From the NCBI RefSeq assembly GCF_016433145.1, contig NC_058133.1, positions 377,053,349 through 377,117,198 of the forward strand: a stretch of DNA of 63,850 nt. Direction: 5' to 3'. Below are positions 25,590 to 38,367 of the stretch, piece after piece. The DNA is from Gracilinanus agilis (lineage: Eukaryota). The translations under genes were made by a program, and so were the position numbers. A model generated the notes under the pieces. That model was not told the DNA's origin. It searched no databases and worked only from the letters and a program-made list of their open reading frames with translations. The number at the start of each line of letters is the position of its first letter. Position 1 is the first letter of the stretch.

Positions 25590-26960
25590 GAATGGCTCTA
25601 GTTGCTTGAAGGACCAGGAATAAATTCTTTTAGCAGGTAGCATTTGAGCTAAGCCTTGAAGGAAGCCAGAGAATCTAAAAGGTGGAGTCGAGGAAAGAGA
25701 ATATTTTAAGCATGAGGGATAGTCAGGGTAAAGTCAAAGAAGACTGAATATTAGGTTTGGGAATTAGCAAATAGGTCATTGTACATTGTAGAGTGTGTGA
25801 AAGAGGAATAAAGAATAAAAAGACTGGAAAGGAAGGAAAAGAGCAAGTTGTGAAGAGCATTCAATGCCAGAGGAATTTATATTTACTCCAGAAGGTAATA
25901 GGTGGCAAATAGGAGTTTATCAGGTAGGAAAGTGGTACAGTCAGACCTGTGCTTTAGGAAAAAAAATTGTTTTGTCCCCTGAGTAGAGGATCAATTGGAG
26001 TGGAGTGAATTGATGCAGGGTCACGGAGTAGAAGCATATTGCAAGAATCCAGGCAGGAGACAATGATGATCTAACTAGAGTATTGGCTGTGTGAATGAAA
26101 AAAAAAAGGACAGAGATACTGAAAAAGAAGAAATGACAAAATATGGTAAGGGCTTGGATTCATGGAGATGGGTGAGAATGAGAATTCTAATTTGATTCTA
26201 TGGTTGTGAAACTGGGTAACCTGGAAGATTATGGTGACTGATAGTAGAATTAAGGGAGTTTGGGGAAAATATGAGTTCTGTTTTGAATATGTTGAGTTTG
26301 AGATGCCTACTTTATCTTAGATAATATTCGTAAAGCACTTCATGACCTTAAAGTGTTATATATATTATATATATATAATATATATGTAAAATATATATTA
26401 TATATACATATGTATGTATATATATACACACGATATAATATGATATGATGATGTTGGTGATGTGGGACTGTGGTTCAAAGGACAGATTACCAGAACTATT
26501 AACTATTTTCTTAGAAATCATCAGTGATATAGTATAGACTGAAAAGAGAAGAGTACCTAGGATGGAACCTTGAGGGACACCCATTGTTTGTTATTCTGGT
26601 GTACATGTAGATGTAGCAAAGAAGACTCAAGAATGGTCAGAGAGGTAGGAGAATGAAGGGGATTCAATGTCCTGAAAGAGTGTCCAGGAAGAGGTGACAA
26701 TGTTAAAAGTTTCAGAGAGGTCAAGAAGGATGAGTACTAAGAAAAGGTCATTAGATAACAATAATTAATAGATCACTTAGTAACTTTGGAGAGAACAAAC
26801 TCAGCTGAAGCCAGATTTCAGAAGGTTATTAATAATGGAATGAAAGGAGAGGAAATGGAGGCACAGAGTATGGATGACTATTTCAAGGAGTTTAAACTGA
26901 GAAGGGTAGCAGATATAGGACAATAGTTAGCAGAGAATTGCAAGATCAAGAGGGTTTTTT
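25590..26960 (-). mobile_element. L2 LINE, RT and 3' region, fragmented
   Basis: ORF 26348-26584(-) begins GVPQGSILGTLLFSVYT, the L2 RT motif GVPQGSVLGPLLFSLYT. Confidence 0.85.
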
Positions 26961-27760
26961 TTAAGGATAGTGTGTGGCATGAAGACAAAAAAAGTGGATT
27001 TTTATTCTAACTGATCAGTAAAAGGTATCTGTATGACATGACTTCATTTGAATCATTAGAGATATCTTGTTGAGATGAAGGTTAAAGTGCTGTCTTGGAA
27101 TGAAAAACCTTCATTCACAATGGAAAAAAAGAGAGAAAAGAAATGTATCTGTCCCAGGAAAAGTGATGTTTGTTTCTTTTCCACTGGAGGCTCATTTGGC
27201 CTCATTATGTATGCTTAATGGAGAAAAAGATAAAGTATATATCTATCCAATGTAAACATTTCTAAGCATACTGTAAGTTTGGACTCAATAACACCTTTTT
27301 TTTAGGTGCACCTACAGGACAAAAATAAAGTAGGTAGAATAAGCAAGCAGTTTAGATGTGTGGAATTGTCTTTATGCTGACACAGTTTATTGATACTCCC
27401 CCAATAATTCCCTTAATTCCTGTCTCAGGAGATATATTATAAGCATACATTTCTGTGTCACTAAGCACTAGTTAACTCTTCCCTCTCTCCTCATTCCTTC
27501 CAACTCCTTGGACTTTCCAATTCCTCTCCCCATCCCCTCCATACTTCTATATCTGAGTTCCCTTATATCCCAGGTCTTTTCAATTATACACAATTTCAGC
27601 TAAATAAATTTCAGTCACCAGTGTACAGGACAGGGTTCACCAATGACCTCCCATATTAGTTCAAACAGCTTATGATAGATACAATGAGAGGCAATGTAGC
27701 ACTGTGGATAAGGAGCTGTCTTTAGCTTAAGCAGGACAAAGGGTAGAGAATATATTTGGT

Positions 27761-27947
27761 GGGGGCAGCTGGGTAGCTCAGTGGAGTGAGAGTCAGGCCT
27801 AGAGACAGGAGGTCCTAGGTTCAAACCCAGCGTCAGCCACTTCCCAGCTGCGTGACCCTGGGCAAGTCACTTGACCCCCATTGCCCACCCTTACCAATCT
27901 TCCACCTATGAGACAATACACCGAAGTACAAGGGTTTAAAAAAAAAA
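27761..27947 (+). mobile_element. Young SINE1_Mdo with 16-bp TSD
   Basis: Near-intact copy with CpGs retained and a poly-A tail. TSD AGAGAATATATTTGGT at 27745-27760 and 27948-27963. Confidence 0.95.
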
Positions 27948-27995
27948 AGAGAATATATTTGGTGGTGAAAGACTACATTTTCCGTAACGGAACAA

Positions 27996-28920
27996 TGTAG
28001 TAATTGGAGGTGTAAGGATAGGATTTGTGCAAGGGGGATGGGACAAAAGGAGCCAGAGGAAGGCAGTTGGTGACAGTTACGGACAGTTTAGAGGAGCAGG
28101 AGATTCTGGGAGTTTCTCCAAGGAAGAGAGGAGAAGTCTTCAGGAGGAGGACTGGGAAGAGAGAAGAGAAGGGCATCCCAGCTCAGATCCAGTCCTGAGG
28201 GCTTCCTGAGGATCTTTCTTTGTAAATTGAAACCCTGATTCCCTGATAAAAGCCATTCCATCGAATCTCAACCATCAAGACTTCAACCATCGAGTGAGCT
28301 AAGTTTGGACTCCATTTTGGGAGTGATCTCTTAGTCTCCTTCTCCTATTCCCAACCTTGCTGAGAGACCCTTTTTCAGTCAAACCTTACAATTATAGAAA
28401 AGGATAGAAATAGAGAAACAGAAGGAGAAAGAGCAAGGGGAGGAGCTTAGGAGTAGGAAACCACTAGGGATCCCACCAAAGTGATGGACCCTATAGCATT
28501 AGCAAAGAGGGCACCCCAAAATCTCTCTGCCCTTCACCCCTTTCCCCAATTCCTGAATTGTGAATAATTAAAGCCATTCATTAGTCAGATAGCGTTCCAG
28601 AGTGCCTGAGAGACAACAAGGGAGAGGGGAACCACAGCTTGGGCTGGCTGCCTCCATCTTGAAGCCAGACCACTTGCTGTGAAATTAACTGATTGGGGGA
28701 GGTTTGTGTGAACCCTGTCCTTATTTGGAATCATATTGGGGTACCACATACCTCGTCTTATAGGGAAGCCTTGCCCCCAACTCCTGTGGGGTGGCACAAC
28801 CATTCGGGTCACCCAGTTTCAGGGTGACACCCCCTTATAGTCTCCCAGTGTATTTTTGGCCCCAGGGAAGAGCTGGAAGAGACTCACCTTATAGACTCTT
28901 TCTCCATCTCCCCTCTATCA
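27996..28920 (+). mobile_element. Solo LTR of an endogenous retrovirus (925 bp)
   Basis: Starts TG, ends CA, perfect 5-bp TSD AACAA (27991-27995 and 28921-28925), ATTAAA at 28567, GC-richer than the flanks. Confidence 0.88.
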
Positions 28921-29739
28921 AACAAGACTTCTTATTATAGACGTGACTTTCCAGGACATGAATTTTGAATGAAATGTATTTTCATTCCAAAATATAATTA
29001 GAATATAATTATATTTATATATATATAATACATATATAATTTATATATAATTATGGCCAACAATAAAAAAGCAAAATGTAGTATCTTTAAACTTCTATGA
29101 TCATTTAAAATGAGATATATTATTTAATCTGTTTTTTTAATTATGTTTTATTGTTACATTTAATTTTTACATCACTATCATTTCTACATGTACTGTTGCC
29201 CACTGGAATCAGATCCTCCCTGGGTCAAGGAAATACAGGTAAGCAAAGTTAACTAATATATACTGTCTAAGTCTGAGAATGTAGGCAGAATTCTGTACTA
29301 GATATTTCTTGTCTCTCAAGAGGAGGGAGATATATTTCTTTAACTATTCAAAAGATTCAATTAGTCAGAGTTCAGTTTCCTTTCAACCATCTTTTCATTT
29401 ACATCATATATTATTTTTCTACTTCTGGAAAGAGCATTGAGTTTTCCCACTGAATTTGGAGTCATGGAACTTGAGTTCAAAACCCAGTTCTGAAACTTTA
29501 TACTTGTGTGGAACTTTTCTGGGTATCAATTTCTTCATTTTGCAAATGAAGAGGATGGACTTGATGGCCTCTAACATTCCTTCCAGTTATCTATGATCTT
29601 ATTATCTTATGCAATATTTCATAGAAATCTTTTCATGTTTCTCTGAATTCCTCATATTCATCTTTTCTTTCTGCACAATATTTTGTTCTGTTCATACAGA
29701 CAAGTTACAGAATGCTAGCATCAGGAAAATGTGCATATG

Positions 29740-29940
29740 AGCCCTGCCTCAGATACTCTGTAGCTGTGTGATCCTGAGCAAAGCATTTAACCTCTCTCAG
29801 CCTCAGTTTCCTTTTCTGTAAAATGGGGAAAATAAAAGTATCCCTAACCCAGGATTGTTGGATGTATAAAATGAGACAGTATTTGTAAAATACTTTGCAA
29901 ACTTTAAGTGCTACAGAAATGATAGTTATTATTATTAGTT
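29740..29940 (+). mobile_element. MIR-type CORE-SINE
   Basis: GCCTCAGATACT..GCTGTGTGATCCTGAGCAA..CAGCCTCAGTTTCC..CTGTAAAATGGGG. Confidence 0.8.
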
Positions 29941-30782
29941 ACCTATTATTATTTTATACCATAGTTTAGTCATCTGTTCTTGCAGTTAATGGGTATATAC
30001 TATTTCCACTTATGTGATACTTAGCTCAGAATTTTAGAGCTCAAATGAGTTTTGAAATTATCCACTGCAATTGACTCATTTATTATAGTAGGAACTGAGG
30101 TCAAGGGAGATAAGATCTATAATTTGGAGCTGGAAGGGAACTTCTGACTAGAAGCAATCTAATTCAACCTTTTTGTTTTATAAATGAGGAAATTGAGCTA
30201 AAGAAAGGCTAAAAGACTTGCCCAAGGTATACAGCTAGTTAGTGGTAAATTAAATGATCTTCTTACATCTTCCTGAGGGGTCTTTGCACAGCCCCAGGAA
30301 ACTTTCCTTATAAATGTCCTACACAATGGCCATTCATATACTGCATGTACTGGTAGATTATCACTTTTCCCACAATTTACAGAAAGAATAAATGATTTCC
30401 TCAGGGTCACATGACCTCAGGGTGTGAGGTTGCTCTCCAGGGTGAATTGCCTCTCTAAAGTACAAGTCTACTATATTGTATATTTAATCTTTATAAAATA
30501 AATGTCAGCTAGAATAAATCTTGGCATTGAAATGGGTCCTGTAAGTCCAGTGATGTTTCTTGTTGCACAATAAAATGAACTTTTCCAAATCCTTTTTTCT
30601 CCCTCTGAGAAAAAACCGCAAAAGGTTCTTTTCACTTAGCTATAGCTTCTTTATATATCTTGGACTTATTTATAGTATGAAGGTCAATGTGGACATGGTT
30701 CAGTTGTTTTGCTTGTGTCTCAATTCCCTTGTTCAACCAAGATTATATATTAAAAACACCAACAGCAAAATATGTATTTATA

Positions 30783-30965
30783 GACCAGGTGTTCCGAACG
30801 CAGAATCCTTGAACTTGTTTAAAAATATTCTGATAATTGCATTTCAGTATAATTGATTTTTTCCCTGTAATCCTAAGTATTTGATTTTATGCATTTAACA
30901 AACCTTATTCCAACAGGATAGACTTTAACAGATCACAAAGAATTCTATGACAAAGAAAGTTTTTT
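30783..30965 (-). mobile_element. hAT-Charlie MITE (Charlie4/MER80-like)
   Basis: Reverse complement of the family seen at 15563, 32410 and 55640. Confidence 0.6.
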
Positions 30966-30971
30966 AAAAAG

Positions 30972-31158
30972 CCTTTTTTTTTAACATTTATTAATATTCA
31001 TTTTTAACATGGTTACATGATTCATGCTCCACCTTTCCCCTTCAACCCCCCCTCCTGCACCCCCCCCCCACCCATGGCCGATGCGCATTTCCACTAGTTT
31101 TGTCATGTGTCCTTGATCAAGACCAATTTCCAAATTGTTGGTAGTTGCATTGGTGTGG
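30972..31158 (-). mobile_element. Young, 5'-truncated L1 3' end (about 185 bp)
   Basis: Poly-T, C-rich (antisense G-tract) L1 3' UTR with CpGs retained (GCCGATGCGC), flanked by GCCTTTTTTT on both sides. Confidence 0.85.
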
Positions 31159-31334
31159 TAGGCCTTTTTTTTTTTTTTTTTTTTTTTTATAGAAAACACT
31201 ATGTGATTTTTAATAACCTTTGCCTCCTTCCCTCTGCCAAGATTACTGTGGAAAGAGAAGGGGACTTTAGGACTGAGGACCACATTAGATTTTAACTTTT
31301 TTTAATGGATTTTTATAGTCTCCAAATTAATCGT

Positions 31335-31550
31335 AGGTGTCCATGAATGTCTGTTAAATGTTTAACAATAGACTCTCTAACAAAAAAAAAGATATCTATG
31401 ACAAAGCTCTAAACTTAATCTGCACTAATAACATATTCCCCTTTCTTTAGACTAAATCAACAAAAGAGTAAATCAAGCCCTGATTTGTAGTTTTTGCCCA
31501 TTCCTGGGGAGTAAAGGTTCACACTGAAAATTTAACAGTTCTTTGAGCCC
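31335..31550 (+). mobile_element. hAT MER63/Blackjack-like remnant
   Basis: TAAATGTTTAACAA..AAATCAAGCCCTGATTTGTAG..CACACTGAAAATTTAACA. Confidence 0.65.
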
Positions 31551-32409
31551 ATTTAGATGACTCCTTTGCTAAGGCCAACTTTCTAGTCATGATTCTGCCC
31601 AATTTAGCTTGGTTGGTTCTAGGAGAGTGGACACAGACTATTTTCAGGTCTCTAGTCAAAGTATTTCTGCTTTAGTTGAACTTTATGGAGCTTTTGTTCT
31701 ATAGGTACTCTTTTTTTCAGGATATAAAGTTACTTCTACACCAAAAATGAGATCTCAGAGTAGGGATTTTGCATATGACCCTGAGTCCAGAAAGACAAAA
31801 CTCAGACAGCAAGGGAAAATATGCATTGTGACCACAAAAAGACTGTAGTTCATTACCTAAGATAATATTTGCATGGACTATGGCATAAAAGATCTCGTCC
31901 TCATTAATGGAATCCATCTCTTTCTTCAAAACACAGTTCAAGCACAACTTTCTACAATGTTTAATGGCTAGTGTTATTTCATAACTTCCATATCTTTGCC
32001 TACAGTTATTTAATTTGGGTCTTGTTCATCCTCTTGTTCTTCTTGTCATTCTTCCTCTTGTTCTCTTGTCTTTCTCTGAGAAAATAAATTCTAATTTCCA
32101 AAAAAAACCAATTTGCAAACAAACTTCTGGAATATTCCCCATTAAAAAAAATTGGGAACTACCTGAAATGGAAATGCCAAACTGATAGTAGTAGCTTTGG
32201 TGAAGGATAAGTTGGGTGGGTGTAGGGGGATCAGAGAGTGTAGAGGCTGCCAGAGGGATGAAGTTATGGCATATTCAACAAATACGGGCATCTGTTTATC
32301 TGAAAAGATCTAGTCAGGAATTAATTTATTTCACTCTCTAGCTCTATCTCTGTCTGTCTGTCGGTCTGTCTGCCTGCCTGTCTATTTGTTTGTCTCTCTC
32401 TCTGTGTAT

Positions 32410-32570
32410 GTGTGATGGTCCTCTTTGACAATGTGGTAAAGCCACTAAACTCCTCAGAATGTTTTGAAATATGTAAAATTATACCTAAATGATTACAAAG
32501 GCAATCAATTATATTTATACAGTTATTTTTTAAAAAAACAAGTTTATAGATGCTGGATTAAGAATCCTTG
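32410..32570 (+). mobile_element. hAT-Charlie MITE (Charlie4/MER80-like)
   Basis: TGTGGTAAAGCC..CTCCTCAGAATG..GATTACAAAGGCAATCAATTATATT..TTAAGAATCCTTG. Confidence 0.6.
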
Positions 32571-33229
32571 TTGACTATCAGAAAGAAGAAAGGGAAACAA
32601 AAGCAAGAACCTAGGGGTGGAACCTCTCGTCAACATATCAGAACACTGATTTTTGCAACTTAGCTTGATAAAAGAATTCATCAATGCTTTATGATCAATA
32701 TAATTTTATGCCATTAATATATGCCACTTGGAACTATGTGTTGTATCTTATACCTCCTCAAACAAATATTTTTCCTTCTATAGTTTAACGCAGGGGAAGG
32801 GGAGGGGAGTTCATATGATTTTCAAGAAAGAGTGTTATGGAATATCACATGTGACTGCAAAGCTGAAATGTAAAATCCAATAGCCAGGAAAGATAGGTAT
32901 AGATTAAGGACACCCAGGAGGGAAATAGAGTTGGGCTAATGAATGTTTATGTTCCTTATAAATATGTAAGGAATTTCTACAGTGGTTTAATAGCTAAAAT
33001 AGAGATGTTAAACTATATTAAAGTTACCAAGGATAGGAAATACTAGACTTCAAGCATATTTGTGGATTAAACAGATTATTTTATGGTAGGGATAGTGGTA
33101 AGGAAATGGGAAACACTGTTTGTGGCATTATTTCTAAAGGAAATAACTTTCAGAGTTCAAAACAACCAACTTACAAGTAAAGTAAAGTTTTGAGATGTGG
33201 CATATGGGGATAAATAGTAACAGAAGGAA

Positions 33230-36200
33230 ATTAGAAAATATTGCTGGATTCAAAAGACTTATAAATACTTAGGACCTTAAGACTACACAGAGTATTTTCA
33301 TAATTGTTGCAATTGAAGGCAATGATGTCAGATGAGAAAAGATTAAATGGGAGGTGAATAACCGATCAGGAAAACGGTATTCAAAGAATGAGATTTGAAT
33401 TTCTGGACCAGAGTGGCATATATGGTAATAGTAAGCCTTTGATGTATATATAATGATGTAGTATATCTAATGAAGATTATTTAAAAAAAGATGCAAAGCT
33501 TCGTAGTTCTGTGTAAGAGGACTTTAAACTAAAAATAGAGTGGGGGAAAGGAAAATACCCAGATACATCTTCTAAACAAGATGCTATAAAGAATCATAGA
33601 TATAACATATCAGTGGATAGGAGAAAAATATTAAAGAGAGATAATAATAATAATACTTCTTGGCTCAAATATACACACATAAATGTCATCACATTACCTA
33701 GCTCCCCAGATCATCCAGGATTCCTTTCTTCTTCCAACTCCCAGCCCATGTACCATTCACCCTAAGCAGAAATCTGGAGAAATTCAGATGTCCCAAATTC
33801 AGATATGCCAGGATGAGCAAGCTTTTTTATATTTTAGCCATTCATCAGTGTACATAGTAGCTAAGTACTATTAATATAGCACTTTAAGGTTTTCAAAACA
33901 TTTTACAAATATTATTTCCTTTGATCCTCACAACAGGTAGGTGCTGTTATTGCTATTTTTACAGATGAGGGAAATGAGGGAGATGAAGATTAAGTACAAT
34001 TTACCTAGGGCCAACTCCTGCTAATAAAATCTGAGTTGGATTTGAACATAGGTTTTTATGACTTCAAGTCCAGTACTCTCTTCTCTGTAATACCAAGCTA
34101 CCTATTGCTATATATCATGTGGGAGACATTAGCTAATAGATCATAGCCCTACTTCTGTTCACATTTCCTCTTTGCTCTTTCTCTACCAATGAGGGTTAGC
34201 ATATCTACTCCCATTTATGGAAAGTGTTTTTTAGATTTGTAATGGTGTCAGAATTAAATAGAGAGTATACTTCGTTTAAAAGGAACAAATTCTATGAAAT
34301 AGGTGATGGAGCACTTTCTGTACTGGAGTGAGGGTCCATAATTGGATGAGGGTCAATGAGGGGGAAAAAGTAGTGATAGTAATAAAAAGAAGCAATGGGA
34401 GTACAGTACAGGAGACTCTTCCAGAAGTAGGAAATGAACACTGAAATCAAGAAATGGATCACTTACCTGCTATGGTGGCATAAGATGCAGAGATGAGGAA
34501 TTTCAAATAGAAGGATATCTGCTGGATCTATTATAGAGATCTCTCTCTCTTTGCTAAAAACAGAGTAACTGACAAATTCTAACCTTAATGTTAATTCCAT
34601 TCTTCAAAAGGTTAAGAAAGTGATTGGGGAGCTGCTCCTCTAAATCTATTCTCACCAGTCAGAACAATTAATTGCTGAAGAAAAAACTTAATTATTAATA
34701 AGGAGAGAAAAGTCAGCTCAAAATATACCTTTTTATTTTTGGAGAGATTGGATTACAATGATTTCAATTAAAGGAAAAATGGAACAACCTGGTTTAGAGA
34801 TCTACATGAAGACTGATTCAAAAGGCTTGGATTTCTTTCTAGAGTGAAATTCTGACAGTATAATAAAAAATTACTTGATCCCTGCCATGGTATTCCTTTT
34901 ACAAGACACTCCATCTCCCCACTCGAAATATTTTCATTCACTGTCCCTCAAGCCTATGATTCTCTACCTTTTCACCTTCCCTTCTAGTCTTCCATTAAGT
35001 CTCAGGGAAAATCAGGTGTTTTGCAAGACTTTCTCTTTCCTCTGATCCCCCTTAATATCAGTACTTTCCCTCTGAAAGTATCTGTAATTTATACCATTTA
35101 TATCTTGTTTGTACATAATTATCTTCATATTATCTCCCCCATTATATTGTGAACTTCTAGAAAGCAGGGACTATTTTAGCCTTTTTTTTGGTATCCCCAG
35201 AACTTAGCACAGAGGCAGGCACATAGTAATCTCTTAATAAATGCCTATTGGCTTGATTTGATGAAGAAGGAAAAGGGAAATTAACTTGAGATCAGTCTGT
35301 GAGTCCATAGAACACATCAAGTAATCTAGATTTTTAAAATATGTGTACAGAATATTGAAACAAGGGCAGGTACTTGAGAATCACTACAGATGATAACAAC
35401 AGTATCAGGAATGCTAAAGCCTCAGTCTATCATGAATGCCAAGGGCATGAAAAGTCTCTTTATCAGTAATATTTGGCATGAGAATAAAATCAAAGTACAA
35501 TGTGGACTCCTTTATGGATTGAAAAGGACAATAATAAGGCAAAAGAGAGTGAAATCAGGTCTACTCAACTCTTATTTTGCATTTTTTTAACAAAGGAGAA
35601 TGATTTTTAGACTAATAGGGATCAAGCAAAAATGAATGGCATGTGATTGAAAGTGAGAAGATGATAAAGCATGAACTCTTCTAAATTCAAAGCAACTAGT
35701 CCCAGAAGAAATGAATCCCAGGGTAATGAAATAAGTAGCAGATGTGATTGTTGGCCTTCAATGATCTTCAAAAAAATTGTAAAGAACCGGAAAGGTGCTT
35801 CAGACAACTGCTCCAGTTTTCACAAAAGGGAAGTATGTGGGATGAATGATAGTACAGATGAGTGAATTTATATCCAGTTGAATGACAAGACAATGAGCTT
35901 GGCTTTAACAATTAGTGAAATTCTAAAAGGTGTTCTGATTTAAAGGGATATTGTATGGGCAATTATGGAGATGGTGTGAGTCAGTATTCATGCACTGAAA
36001 GTTGATCATGCCAGACAAACCTCATTTTCATTTTGAAAAACTGATTACTAGACCAATAAATCAGGGGAATGTTACAAACACAGCATGTTAATTATTAGAA
36101 TTACATAGCTCTTTAAGTTTTAAAAAGAGCTTCCCTCATATAGTAATTTGAAGTATCAGTTCAGGAATTATTATCATTTTATAAATAGGGAAAATGAAAA

Positions 36201-37920
36201 GCTTATGGAGAAGTGGTTTGTCCAGATTCATAAAGCTAGTAAATGGCAGATTTAGAACTCATATCCAGGCTCTCTGATTCTATGGCTATGTTCTTTTCTC
36301 TAAACAATGTTGCCTCCAATGTAATAGATTTTATATATATATATGTATATGCATATACATATATATGATATATATTTCAGGAAAGGATTTCATAATTTCC
36401 CACAGTATTCTTATGGGCAAGATAGAGAGATAGATGATGACTTAGCTCTGAGTGAATAATCAGATTTAATGAATCATTTAATGATCTGATATTATCTTGG
36501 AGGTAAGAATCTGGAGGAATATTTGATAACATTTTTAGTTTTAAAAAAATTAAACATTTTTGTCAGTGCTTTGGATCAAGTCTGTGGATGAAATGAAACT
36601 ATAAGAGAAAGAAAGCATGCTAGATGATAGAATTTGAACATAAAAATATATTGATGGGATAATATAATGGCTAGATTTAATAAGATTAAATATGTTGAAC
36701 TAAATGCAGAATCCTTTGCTTAGGACAAACTGTAGAAGCACAGGTTAAGGAAGGAGTGGCTAAATGAAAATTCCTGGGGAAAAGATTTGGGAGTGGTGGT
36801 GGATAGTAAGCTAAGTCTAAGTGTGAATTAGCAGGAAAAAAACCAAAATCCTTAAAGGATATATCAGAACCATAGCCAGCAGTAGACATCTAGTTCTTCA
36901 GGAGTAAACGGGCCCTCAAATCACATGTCGAATGCATGAGGTAAAAATGATGCACACTAGATACAATGAATTATTTTTAAATGTATACAAGAAAGTAAAA
37001 AAAGTGTGGAAGGAAGTACCAGCAAACAAAGCAGTTTTGTTAGCACCTTATTGATTTGATATATACAAAGCAGTTGAGTTTCTTATGTAGGTCTCACATT
37101 CTTTGAATGTTGAAATAATTTTGTCAATGATTAAGGTCACAAAAAAATAAAATTCAAAATAAGGAAGACAATTTTAGTTGAGAGGGAGAGGGAAGTGGTT
37201 CTTACTGTGCCTTTTATACAATTGAAAAAATGTAGAATAAAGACATTTCTGCATCTTTAAATGTTGATGCTCAAAGGCAAATCTCTAGTTATGTTGCTTA
37301 GTTTTAGAAGTGGACTATATTAATAAAACCATAGCATCCACATTTAGGGAGGTGATAGTCCTACTACTGTGCTCCTCCCTGGTTAGACCACTTCTATAGT
37401 GTCATTTTCAGTTACCATATTACCATATTTTAGGAAGGACATTGGAAGTGGCATATTACCAAGTATGGGTGACCAAGATAATAAGAAGATTGGTTAGGAG
37501 GTGTCAGTGGAAGCTTCTGGGGACATATTTTGGAGAAGGAAAAACCTAAGGGGTTACATGATTGCTGTTTTCAAGTATTTGAAAAGTTACCATGTTTTGG
37601 GCACATTGGACTTATTCTTGGTTCTAGAAAGGAAGAGATAGCAATAGTGGAAGGAAATTGCAGAAAGGAATATTCACTCAATCACTCTGTCAATGACCAT
37701 TTACTAAGTTCCTATTATGTGTGAGACACTGCCATTTCCCTCAATATAAAGAAACATTATTTTATTTGTAAATTACCAATGCTTGTTAGTAGGCAGAGCT
37801 TTCCAAAAAATGAATTAGCTCCCTCAGGAAGAAGAATATTTTTATGTCACTTGAAATCGTCAAAAATGAGGCTATCTCAGATGATGAAAAGTGGATTCCA
37901 GAATTGATATGGACTATATG
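33230..37920 (+). mobile_element. Near-full-length ancient CR1/L3 LINE, broken by younger insertions
   Basis: Colinear degenerate motifs: ORF1 esterase-like FEFLDQ..DVVYL (about 33390), endonuclease ..IEGYLL (about 34510), RT PEEMNPRVMK*VADVI (about 35700), KDLGVVVDSKL (about 36782), REVIV..LVRP (about 37347), then the 3' end. Confidence 0.75.
36877..37326 (+). pseudogene. Probable processed-mRNA retrocopy fragment (C-terminal codons plus 3' UTR), parent unidentified
   Basis: 450-bp non-CR1 insert flanked by the 9-bp direct repeat AACCATAGC (36868-36876 and 37327-37335). Frame TSSSSGVNGPSNHMSNA-stop (TGA at 36937), then AT-rich UTR-like sequence with AATAAA twice. Confidence 0.6.
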
Positions 37921-38367
37921 AGGGAATCCCTTAGGTGGTTAGATGGCACAGTTGATAGAGTTGCTGGACCGGGAATCAGGAAGAACTGAGTTCAATCCAT
38001 GCTCAGATGTGTATACTAATTATGTGACTTCGGACAAGCCACTTAACCTCTGTTTCCTCACCTGTTAAATGGGAATAATAATAGCACCTACCTCCCAAGG
38101 ATGCTATGAGGATCAAATGAGATGCTAATTAAGTATTTAGCATAGTGCCTGGCACATAGTAAGCAATCTTAGCTATTATAAGGTTTTAGCTCTCTTTCAA
38201 TTTTAAGATTTGATGATTCTATAAACTGACACCCTTTGAGAAGAACCCATATTTAATTGACAATGTCACATTTTGGATTGCTTCCTTCCAGAAAACCGAG
38301 GGTTAATATTGAAATACAAAGCCTAAAGCTAATTTCTGAAGTACACGTTTGAGAATAAACTTGTTTT

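Noticed and set aside
23738-25643. ORFs spanning N runs
   Set aside because: Artefacts of translating through assembly gaps.
31717-31947. Minus-strand ORF/exon candidate (EMDSINEDEIFY..)
   Set aside because: Resembles the L2 segment GTGCTTGAGCTGAGTCTTGAAGG, and the peptide is not recognisable.
34467-34555. Minus-strand exon candidate with a perfect CAG|GTAAGT donor
   Set aside because: It lies within the degenerate CR1 endonuclease region on the opposite strand, so it is most likely a chance site.
36902-36940. 39-nt plus-strand exon candidate (SKRALKSHVECM)
   Set aside because: It sits inside the TSD-flanked insert. The retrocopy explanation fits better and the donor is weak.
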